59,215 nt of DNA from an uncultured Gammaproteobacteria bacterium (GTDB lineage: Bacteria > Patescibacteriota > Microgenomatia > 2-02-FULL-39-11): the NCBI GenBank assembly GCA_964544585.1, contig CAZJBV010000007.1, forward strand, positions 1 through 59,215, given 5' to 3'. The position numbers and the translations under genes were made by a program. Position 1 is the stretch's first letter; each line of letters opens with the position of its first letter. This document shows positions 8,747 through 16,153 of this stretch, in pieces. The notes below the pieces were generated by a model. It was given only the letters and a program-made list of their open reading frames with translations, had not been told where the DNA came from and made no database searches.

Positions 8747-8875
8747 TTTTCTTAAACTCATAATATCATACCACATCTGTCAAATTTACGTACCGGCAGT
8801 GAAATTTCTGCTTTACTATATATAAACGAACCACTAAGATATATATAATACTTATTATTGCCTTATATTCGATAT

Positions 8876-9571
8876 ATGGCCAAATCGTCTGAACGTATTA
8901 AAGCACGAGAATTGCGTCAACAAGGTATAAGTGTTGGAGAAATTGCAAAAACATTAAATGTTTCAAAAAGCACTGTTAGCCTTTGGGTCAGAGATATTAT
9001 TTTAAGCATTGAACAATTAGAGAAACTGCAGCAGCGAAGTCTTGAAGGTCGTGAAAGAGGTCAATTATTGGGTGCCCTTGCTCAAAAAAGAAAACGCCTA
9101 GAACTCATAGAAAAGGAGCGACAAAATGGATGGCGCCTTCTTTCAATGATCTCTGATAGAGAGTTTTTTGTGGCTGGTTTAGCTTTATATGCGGGTGAAG
9201 GGAACAAAAAAACCCGTGCAGTACGTTTCAGCAATTCCGATCCAATGATTATAAAATTTATGATCAAATGGTTCAAAAAATTCTTTGATGTTAAAAATGA
9301 CGACTTTCATTGCTTTATAGGTATAAACGCAATCCATCGATCAAGAGAAGGAATCGTAAAGAAGTACTGGTCAGAAATAACAGATATTCCACTCAATAGT
9401 TTTTGGAAAACTAGCTTCAAAAAGACAGTTAGTAAGAAAATCTATATAAATTTTAATGAACATTATGGAACTTTAGATGTACGTATATTGCACCCAGCTC
9501 CTATTTTTTATAAAATGTTGGGACTCATCGATGGATTACTTAACTCAACCATCGATGATAAAAAGGTATAA
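8876..9571 (+). CDS. HTH + LAGLIDADG-like protein adjacent to a tRNA
   Basis: N-terminal HTH (ARELRQQGISVGEIAKTLNVSKSTVSLW); AGLALYAGEG helix followed by VRFSNSDP; ends 5 bp before tRNA-Met. Confidence 0.7.
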   Translation: MAKSSERIKARELRQQGISVGEIAKTLNVSKSTVSLWVRDIILSIEQLEKLQQRSLEGRERGQLLGALAQKRKRLELIEKERQNGWRLLSMISDREFFVAGLALYAGEGNKKTRAVRFSNSDPMIIKFMIKWFKKFFDVKNDDFHCFIGINAIHRSREGIVKKYWSEITDIPLNSFWKTSFKKTVSKKIYINFNEHYGTLDVRILHPAPIFYKMLGLIDGLLNSTIDDKKV

Positions 9572-9576
9572 TATCA

Positions 9577-9649
9577 GGCAGGGTAGCTCAGTGGTAGTAG
9601 CGCACGCTTCATAAGCGTGAAGTCAAGGGTTCGATCCCCTTCCCTGCTA
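9577..9649 (+). tRNA. tRNA-Met(CAU), probably elongator; CCA not encoded
   Basis: Acceptor GGCAGGG/CCCUGCU; anticodon arm CACGC-UUCAUAA-GCGUG; T-arm GGUUCGAUCC; lacks initiator hallmarks (C1:A72 mismatch, three G-C pairs). Confidence 0.92.
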
Positions 9650-9730
9650 CAAGCAATCGTCCAAACAGTTCCTCTCCCCTGGCACTAATAAAATCGCAAA
9701 TAGGACCTGGAAGAATCTCAAAAGAATAGT

Positions 9731-10042
9731 CTATTGGCTAGCACGTTCTTGAGGTGGAGAAATATCAACATCAAATATTCTTTGTACTCCTTCTTCGAGT
9801 AACGCACAACTATCACCCCAAAAAATCACACACCTTGTTGATCTACCCCCATTAAGGGGATCTACTTCCATCCCCTTTGTCGTAATATCGGCCGTACACG
9901 GCTACTGATTCAAACCTTTACCACCGCATCTTATTGAAATAGTATCATCGCCAGGCGCTAGTGTCCTCCAAAATCGCTGAGGGTTCTCATCATGTTCTTT
10001 GATGACGGATTGTACCGCATTAGAACATATCTTATTCTCCAT
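9731..10042 (-). pseudogene. Possible hypothetical gene split by one in-frame TAG
   Basis: 46 open codons, TAG at 9902-9904, then 56 more open codons in the same frame. Confidence 0.25.
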
Positions 10043-10117
10043 ATTTAATCCTCTCAATATTAAATTTTGCAGATTTTATCATTCAATCTATTGAATATCA
10101 AGAATAGTCCATGGGGT

Positions 10118-10456
10118 TTATGGCCAAAACACCCCCATCCACTGCTCTAAAGGTGCTAAAACAGGCGTTGGAGTGGGTGAAACTATAGGAGTAATCGGAG
10201 GTAAAATCACTACAACTTCCCCATCGCGACTCAAATTGAGCTTATCCCGAGCCTCCCTTTCCACATATTCATCACTCTCAACTTGGACTAATTTCCTCTC
10301 CAAAGCCTCCTGTCGCTCTTTTTCCTCCAGGAGTCTCCTCTCAACATCAGTCAGTATATTCCCCCTCTCTGATATAGCAAAGAAAGACCGTACCAGATTT
10401 ATGCTCAAAAATATAATAATTAGGATTAGTCCAATTGTGAAAAGTTTCTCTCTCAT
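10118..10456 (-). CDS. Septum formation initiator (FtsB/DivIC family)
   Basis: N-terminal TM helix, coiled coil, 'YVEREARDKLNL.R.GEVVV' motif. Confidence 0.85.
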   Translation of the reverse strand: MREKLFTIGLILIIIFLSINLVRSFFAISERGNILTDVERRLLEEKERQEALERKLVQVESDEYVEREARDKLNLSRDGEVVVILPPITPIVSPTPTPVLAPLEQWMGVFWP

Positions 10457-10458
10457 AA

Positions 10459-10487
10459 TTGACAAACACCCTCTCTAATGATATTAT
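10459..10487 (+). promoter_or_regulatory. Sigma70-type promoter of the tyrosine recombinase
   Basis: TTGACA-17 nt-TATTAT, 7 nt before ATG 10495. Confidence 0.7.
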
Positions 10488-10494
10488 AGGCTCC

Positions 10495-11367
10495 ATGTCA
10501 GCAGTAAATAATGCTTCTTTAGCCTCTGCTCATGAGCTTTTTGTCAAATACCTAAACGACCAAAAACGTGCCCACGCCACCATCTTAGCATACGGCAAGG
10601 ATATCGACCAGCTCAGCAAATTCCTCCAGGATATGGGGAAAAAATCCATTGGTGAAATAGAAAAAGTCGACCTCGAAGCCTTTTTAAAAAAACTCTCCCA
10701 AGATGGCTACACTCCCAAATCGCTTTCTCGAAAAATTAATTCTATAAAAACTTTCTATCGGTTTCTCAAAAATAACACCTACGTTGACCTAAATCCGGCA
10801 GCAGAAATAAGTCACCCTAAATACGATATCAAACCTCCCCGTATTCTTTCCAAACTCGAATATCGGGCATTAAGAGATGCTTGTCGCGGCGACGAAAGAA
10901 CCTATGCCATCGTCGAACTCTTCCTCCAAACTGGTGTCAGAATTGGAGAATTAGCCAATCTCAAGTTAAAAGACATCAAAGAGACAGAACTCTATATCGA
11001 AGCTTTAGAAGGCCACCCCGCCCGCTCCGTTCCCTTAAATAAAGCCGCAATTCAGGCTCTTGATGCCTATATTAAAATCCGTCCCAGCCAAGATGATGGA
11101 GGCGCCCTATTTATTACCAAAACCGGCCGTCCCCTACTCGTCAGAAATATAAGAACCACCATCGATCGCTATTTTAAGCTCGCCGGCATCGAAAATGCTA
11201 AAGTAAACGACCTTCGCCATACATTTATTGCTCATCATCTTGCTTCAGGCACTCCCCTCACCGTCATCTCCAAACTCGTCGGCCACAAACGCTTGTCAAC
11301 CACAGAAAAATATCTCGACCTCGTCAAAGATAAAATGACCGACAACGTCAAACTCGAAGAACTATAA
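10495..11367 (+). CDS. XerC/XerD-like tyrosine recombinase
   Basis: SAM-like N-domain (TILAY..D...L..FL; SRKINSIK.FYRFL); catalytic R in TGVRIGEL, DLRHTF, LVGH, TTEKY. Confidence 0.9.
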   Translation: MSAVNNASLASAHELFVKYLNDQKRAHATILAYGKDIDQLSKFLQDMGKKSIGEIEKVDLEAFLKKLSQDGYTPKSLSRKINSIKTFYRFLKNNTYVDLNPAAEISHPKYDIKPPRILSKLEYRALRDACRGDERTYAIVELFLQTGVRIGELANLKLKDIKETELYIEALEGHPARSVPLNKAAIQALDAYIKIRPSQDDGGALFITKTGRPLLVRNIRTTIDRYFKLAGIENAKVNDLRHTFIAHHLASGTPLTVISKLVGHKRLSTTEKYLDLVKDKMTDNVKLEEL

Positions 11368-11368
11368 T

Positions 11369-11608
11369 ATGAAAAAAGAAAATATAACATGTCCAGCTGG
11401 AGTACCTATTGCCAGTGTAAGTGCACTTATCGCCCCAGAAGCACAAACTGAATTAAATTATCAATGTCAACTCGCGTGTCAAAATGGCGCAAACTGTCAA
11501 GCAAGGGGAGGTAGAGAATTTTTTATGCGGGCAAATGTAGCAGCCACAATGAGAGGTGAATTATTCTCCCCCCCTCAAACATCCCCAGGATCCACTAGCC
11601 AAGCCTAA
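11369..11608 (+). CDS. Small Cys-containing hypothetical protein
   Basis: 79-aa ORF starting 1 nt after the recombinase stop. Confidence 0.4.
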   Translation: MKKENITCPAGVPIASVSALIAPEAQTELNYQCQLACQNGANCQARGGREFFMRANVAATMRGELFSPPQTSPGSTSQA

Positions 11609-11785
11609 TTCTCTTAATATCTCCATATCTTCATATCTTTTCTCTTTTACTTGTGTGTCCGCTTGGACTTAAATCCCCTTATACAACTTCACTCTATCGT
11701 CAGCAATACCTAAGTTGTAACTCCTGAACTAGTACAGCTACTTGATAAGTATATCCATGCTATATAAAATGCAATAACCATAGGA

Positions 11786-12004
11786 ATGTTTAATATCATA
11801 AAAACAAGCGAAAAATGCCCAAAGTGCGGGAGTAAAATAGATGAATGGCAATCGAAGAATTTATCTATTAAAGGCTATCCTATTATGCAAGCTTTAATAA
11901 ATATTACTCTTGTTCCTGATATGGCTGGCGAAATGCACGCAATCTGTGATAAATGCAAAACTTGGACTGAATATAAAATCAAAAATGGGCAACTAGTAAA
12001 ATAA
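11786..12004 (+). CDS. Small zinc-ribbon protein
   Basis: CPKC ... CDKC pair. Confidence 0.6.
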   Translation: MFNIIKTSEKCPKCGSKIDEWQSKNLSIKGYPIMQALINITLVPDMAGEMHAICDKCKTWTEYKIKNGQLVK

Positions 12005-12087
12005 AACTGCGGACTCTTTACGAAAAAAATTTTTCTGAGGCTAAAGAATTGACTTTGTATTGAAATTTTTGTTAACATGAGCCTGTT

Positions 12088-12297
12088 ATGCATAGAGTGA
12101 ATACTTCTACCAAAAATATGAGCAGATATGCCGGAAAATGGGTGGCAATTTTAGGAGATCGCATTGTTGCCATTGGAGAGACGCTGAAAGAAATAGGTCC
12201 ATTTGTGACTCGCGACGTTAAAAACAAGACGCCAGACGAAAAAATTGCCGCGGCTTTCAAGGTTCCCTACAAAGGCGAGGGTCCCTACATATTGTGA
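12088..12297 (+). CDS. DUF5678-like small protein (alternative start 12118)
   Basis: YAGKWVAI.GDRIVA.GETLKE motif. Confidence 0.7.
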   Translation: MHRVNTSTKNMSRYAGKWVAILGDRIVAIGETLKEIGPFVTRDVKNKTPDEKIAAAFKVPYKGEGPYIL

Positions 12298-12692
12298 GTA
12301 AACAGTCCTCATTTGCTACTTTCAAGTACCACTACAACGGCGAAGGATATTTCCCCATAATTCCATTTTACGTATCCGTAAGCGGCAATCAACTTAAACT
12401 TCGAGCACTCATTGATTCTGGGGCAACAATTTCTGTGTTTAAAGACGAGATAGCGGAACAGCTGGAAATCGAGATAGAAAGTGGGAAAGAAATCTATTTG
12501 GGTGGAGTCGGTGGGAGAATTAGGGGATATATCCACGAGTTAAGCCTTGAAATCGTGGGTAAGAAATTTTTATGCCCGGTGGTTTTTTCCCGAGAATATA
12601 CCGTTTCCTTTAATTTACTAGGAAGGGAGGCTTTTTTTAGACAATTCAAGATTATTTTTGAAGAAAAGCAAAGTCTCTTAAAATTAGAATAA
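12294..12692 (+). CDS. Retropepsin-like (clan AA) aspartyl protease
   Basis: ALIDSGATISV catalytic DSG, GVGG flap, LLGR motif; GTG start overlaps the upstream stop. Confidence 0.85.
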   Translation: MSKQSSFATFKYHYNGEGYFPIIPFYVSVSGNQLKLRALIDSGATISVFKDEIAEQLEIEIESGKEIYLGGVGGRIRGYIHELSLEIVGKKFLCPVVFSREYTVSFNLLGREAFFRQFKIIFEEKQSLLKLE

Positions 12693-12721
12693 TTTCCGAC
12701 AATCCTTTTTCTCCAAAACTG

Positions 12722-12793
12722 TGGGCCTGCTTGGGATCGAACCAAGGACATCCAAATTATAAGTTTGGCGCTCTGCCACTGAGCTACAGGCCC
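12722..12793 (-). tRNA. tRNA-Ile(UAU); CCA not encoded
   Basis: 72-nt cloverleaf: GGGCCUG/CAGGCCC, anticodon arm CCAAA-CUUAUAA-UUUGG, T-arm CUUGG-UUCGAUC-CCAAG. Confidence 0.93.
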
Positions 12794-12800
12794 GAAACTT

Positions 12801-12833
12801 GATAGACGATAAGCGATAAAGGATAAAAGTGCA
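12801..12833. repeat. GATA heptamer array downstream of the four-helix-bundle gene
   Basis: GATA at 12801/12808/12815/12822, ending in gataaaagtgca. Confidence 0.8.
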
Positions 12834-12839
12834 GCACAA

Positions 12840-12868
12840 ATTCTAACAAATACTTACCTCCTTGACAA
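12840..12868 (-). promoter_or_regulatory. Probable promoter of tRNA-Ile, overlapping the end of the four-helix-bundle gene
   Basis: TTGTCA-17 nt-TAGAAT on the minus strand. Confidence 0.55.
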
Positions 12869-13225
12869 ATAATTCGTACTGTTTATAAGTCCTTGGAGTA
12901 AAACTCTTACCTTTTCGCTTTGCTGCCAGATTTTCTGAAAATTAGTTTCATTACAAAATTTCAAGTCTTTACTATCTATAATCTGGCTCTGAACTTCTCC
13001 TACTGAACCACGTGCGTCATAATAGAAATTCACTCTATCTTTATAATGGAACCTATAAAAACCCTCAGCTATGCAAGATTCTATAGATACTGAAGCTCTT
13101 CTTATTTGCGAAGTTAAACCATAGATTTCTGTTGAGGGAAAGTTTTTAGTAATGCCGTATATCAAAAGAGTAAGTTTATGTGCTTCTTTCCAAACTTCAA
13201 GATCAGTAAAATGCGCAATCTTCAT
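12854..13225 (-). CDS. Four-helix-bundle protein (23S rRNA IVS protein / bAvd-like fold)
   Basis: F.DL.VW..AH.L...IY..TK.FP..E.YGLTSQIRRA..SI...IAEG signature. Confidence 0.92.
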   Translation of the reverse strand: MKIAHFTDLEVWKEAHKLTLLIYGITKNFPSTEIYGLTSQIRRASVSIESCIAEGFYRFHYKDRVNFYYDARGSVGEVQSQIIDSKDLKFCNETNFQKIWQQSEKVRVLLQGLINSTNYLSRR

Positions 13226-13237
13226 TTCTCTTCTCTC

Positions 13238-13302
13238 TTATCTTTTATCATTTATCTTTTATCTCCATATCTCATATCCCTTATCTTTTATCTTCATATC
13301 TT
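13238..13302. repeat. TATC heptamer array upstream of the four-helix-bundle gene
   Basis: Nine TATC cores at 13239/46/53/60/68/75/82/89/97 (7-8 nt spacing). Confidence 0.85.
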
Positions 13303-13303
13303 C

Positions 13304-15652
13304 TTACAATTTCGCCCTCTGCTGTATCTCTGCTTCTACCAGCTCTCGTGGTCGTCCATATTTCAAACGTGACAATTGCAGTATTGCCTCCGCCACTTTC
13401 GGATTCTCCACCCTCTTCTGTGCACCCATATCTTTCCTAAGATCCACCGAAAAAGGCGGCACCGGCTTATTATTAACGATCGTATTTAAATAAGCATTAT
13501 ACACATCCACATTAATTAGATCACCCTCATTAAATACGGGTTGGTACCAGTGCTGGAGGTAATTTGCATCGGTTACACCTATTCGAAATGATACAAGCGT
13601 ACCCACATTTCCAAATACCGCATTTTTCACCTCTTCTTCCATTTGTCCAATAAATTGATTAGCAACAATCAAATTAAGCCTATATTTCCTTGCCTCCGAA
13701 AGTATCTGCGCAAAATCCGGCGTGGCAAAATTCTGAAACTCATCAACATAAAGGTAAAAATCTCTTCTTTTTTCCTCAACCATATCCTGCCTACTCATCG
13801 CCGCCACCAGAATTTTCGGCACCATTATTAAACCCAAGAAGCTCGAATTTTCCTCCCCCAGTCTTCCCTTGGCCAGGTTAATAAGTAGTATCTTACCTTC
13901 ATCCATAATTTTGCGAAAATCAAACGCAGACTTTGACTGACCAATGATATTTCTCATTAGCTTATTCGTCACAAACCGCCCAAATTTAGACACTATATAA
14001 TCCAATACCTCCGACTTATGAAAATCAGAAGTCTGTGCTATCTGATCAGTCCAGTAGCGCCTCACAATTGGATCTTGCACCTTAGGCAAAAGTTCCTGAA
14101 CATAAGCCGAATCAGTCAATACCCTCACCACCTCCACAAAAGACGTCCCAGGATCACTCATTACAGTCAGCATTGCATTCCTTATCGCATGCTCAAATCG
14201 AGGCCCAATAATACCAGTTTTTTGCGGATCATAAAGCTTATACATAAGTCCTATGATAGATGTACATACAAAGTGTTTTTGTTCCTCAGTATGCGCCTCC
14301 AGCATATTTAATCCCATCGGCCTTTCTATATCTGAAGGATCAAAATAAACCACATCCTCTGCCCTTTCGGGAGGAATAAGAGGCAAAATACCCTCCACCA
14401 AATCTCCATGCGGGTCAATCGCTGCTACCCCCTTGCCATTTTTTATATCCTGTAAAATCATGTCCTTTAATAGAACTGATTTCCCCACGCCCGTTTTTCC
14501 AATAATATATATATGCCGTCTTCTATCGTCATCGCCTATATAAACAGGTTTACTTATACCTCTATAAGTGCTTTTCCCTATATACAAACCACCGCGAGGT
14601 ATATCTGCCGGTGCCGGAGCTCTCTTTGACGTCACCCAAAATATATGCGGCGTCTCAACCGATTTATTTGGAAAATGAAATAAAGTCGCCAATTCCTCTG
14701 CTGATAGGACACTATATGGCTTCTTTACAAAAGTCACAATCGGAAAATATCGGTAAATAAAGTCGATCATAAAAGAACTTTTGAGCCTCGTTTTAACCTT
14801 GGTAAAGTTATTTAAATCAGAGGAAAATTGGGCAAAAACAGTTTCTAGGTTATGAAGATGCATTTGGGCTGATTCTTTAGAATAAGAAGAAACAACCAGC
14901 CGTATAACAGTATCAAAGCCTACTCGAGAAATTTTATTTTCAATAGATTCGAGAGTCTTTGGATCTACTTTATACTGGGCTTTTTCCGGATTTGCTTCCT
15001 GTTTTTTGACATTGGATATATAACTTCTTCCCGCCTTTTTCCACTTTCCCGAAGATGGAGAGATAATTATCTGCACCGCCGCTCCTTCGCCCTGACCCAT
15101 TTTACCAAGTGCTGATGTCAAAGACGACAATGGGTCAACAGGCAGATCCTTAAAAACCCTGATTGGATAATAGTCAGCATGCTTCAGTTTAAGTTGCGCA
15201 AATGCCACTTTCCCCTTCTCGTCAAAAATATTATACTCATCGACTTCCCGAATGTCAGCTCCCGGATACGACCCATATATCTGTTTTTCTACAAGATCAC
15301 GCAGTCTACTCGGCACCGATACATAAAATCGTATATCCCCCGGCCTGCCTACTATCTCAAACGAAATATAATCCTGCTGTGACAAAAAAGAAAACATTCC
15401 TCCACGATGCAAAGATGCAAGGGATGAAAATATCTGCTCTGCAGCATCTATTTTTATCTCATTATCCTTTGGTACTGCCACTTGAAGAAGTACAAAATCC
15501 AAGCTTTTTCTTTCCCGACTCCGGTATTTATACCACAGAAATACAATATATCCCAATATAAAAACCAAAACCCCCAATATAGAAAGTACAACAAAACTCA
15601 AGATAAATGCTTCAGTTTGTGAAATTAAAGTCCCCGAAAATTCCTCATTCAT
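13304..15652 (-). CDS. Membrane-anchored VirD4/TraG/HerA-like (DUF87) ATPase
   Basis: N-terminal TM; Walker A GKTGVGKS; IDPHGD; Walker B YVDEFQNF; EARKYRLNL..ANQ. Confidence 0.88.
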   Translation of the reverse strand: MNEEFSGTLISQTEAFILSFVVLSILGVLVFILGYIVFLWYKYRSRERKSLDFVLLQVAVPKDNEIKIDAAEQIFSSLASLHRGGMFSFLSQQDYISFEIVGRPGDIRFYVSVPSRLRDLVEKQIYGSYPGADIREVDEYNIFDEKGKVAFAQLKLKHADYYPIRVFKDLPVDPLSSLTSALGKMGQGEGAAVQIIISPSSGKWKKAGRSYISNVKKQEANPEKAQYKVDPKTLESIENKISRVGFDTVIRLVVSSYSKESAQMHLHNLETVFAQFSSDLNNFTKVKTRLKSSFMIDFIYRYFPIVTFVKKPYSVLSAEELATLFHFPNKSVETPHIFWVTSKRAPAPADIPRGGLYIGKSTYRGISKPVYIGDDDRRRHIYIIGKTGVGKSVLLKDMILQDIKNGKGVAAIDPHGDLVEGILPLIPPERAEDVVYFDPSDIERPMGLNMLEAHTEEQKHFVCTSIIGLMYKLYDPQKTGIIGPRFEHAIRNAMLTVMSDPGTSFVEVVRVLTDSAYVQELLPKVQDPIVRRYWTDQIAQTSDFHKSEVLDYIVSKFGRFVTNKLMRNIIGQSKSAFDFRKIMDEGKILLINLAKGRLGEENSSFLGLIMVPKILVAAMSRQDMVEEKRRDFYLYVDEFQNFATPDFAQILSEARKYRLNLIVANQFIGQMEEEVKNAVFGNVGTLVSFRIGVTDANYLQHWYQPVFNEGDLINVDVYNAYLNTIVNNKPVPPFSVDLRKDMGAQKRVENPKVAEAILQLSRLKYGRPRELVEAEIQQRAKL

Positions 15653-15692
15653 ATTTTTTGAAGCCTTCCCCTAAAGGCTGAAACCCCGTACC

Positions 15693-15711
15693 GTCCCGAT
15701 TTATTCGGGAC
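15693..15711. repeat. Palindrome of the 'cccga..tcggg' family
   Basis: gtcccga-tttat-tcgggac; relatives at 8588-8605 and 18644-18662. Confidence 0.7.
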
Positions 15712-16153
15712 TGGTACTGGGGGTATATTGCACTCGCATAATTTTTCCGTGAATTACTTTCAAAGTTAAATGTGCCTTTTTAAGCTTTCGTATACACCAT
15801 TCAGCTAACCATCGTAAAGCTGAATATACCTGCGCATGTAGTCCAGAAACAACTTGTTGATCAGAAATAGGCAGAACAATTGCCGCTTGCCCCGTTGTCG
15901 TAACTGGAGTACTTGGTCCAGATGGCGAAACCCCCATCCTTTGTAAATCAGGCGGAACTTTAACAGCTTCCTCATGTGCGTATACCCCTACTCCCTTTAC
16001 CTCTTTTGACGGCTGTAATTCAGGGGAAACTGACTGTAACACCTCTTGAGAAGAGACACCTCCGCCTAACTGCTCTTTCGCCATAGAACCTGACGGAGAA
16101 ATCGCCGCAGGTGTCTGAGATTGTTGACTATTTTGCTGGGCAGAATTATCCAT
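15701..16153 (-). CDS. Hypothetical protein (S/Q/P-rich N-terminus, conserved-looking C-terminal helix)
   Basis: ORF track 156 aa; probable start at Met 16153; C-terminal SALRWLAEWC.RKLK. Confidence 0.65.
   Translation of the reverse strand: MDNSAQQNSQQSQTPAAISPSGSMAKEQLGGGVSSQEVLQSVSPELQPSKEVKGVGVYAHEEAVKVPPDLQRMGVSPSGPSTPVTTTGQAAIVLPISDQQVVSGLHAQVYSALRWLAEWCIRKLKKAHLTLKVIHGKIMRVQYTPSTSPE

Noticed and set aside
9577-9649. Initiator tRNA-fMet or tRNA-Ile2(CAU)
   Set aside because: No C1:A72 mismatch or GGG/CCC anticodon stem; G2-C71/C3-G70 and a separate tRNA-Ile(UAU) favour elongator Met, though Ile2 cannot be fully excluded by eye
11680-11750. Hammerhead ribozyme (CUGACGA) or SAM-I riboswitch (CUUAUCAAG...GAUAG)
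   Set aside because: No stem II or GAAA for a hammerhead, and no proper P3 GCAAC/GGUGC, kink-turn or P4 for SAM-I; kept only as an unexplained structure
9650-12721. Prophage or ICE defined by the tyrosine recombinase between two tRNAs
   Set aside because: The interval includes housekeeping ftsB, has no phage or conjugation genes, and shows no exact att duplication of either tRNA
12854-13225. Diversity-generating retroelement (the protein is bAvd-like)
   Set aside because: No reverse transcriptase and no TR/VR pair with adenine-specific mismatches in the window; the 460-bp PBP repeat has no mismatches
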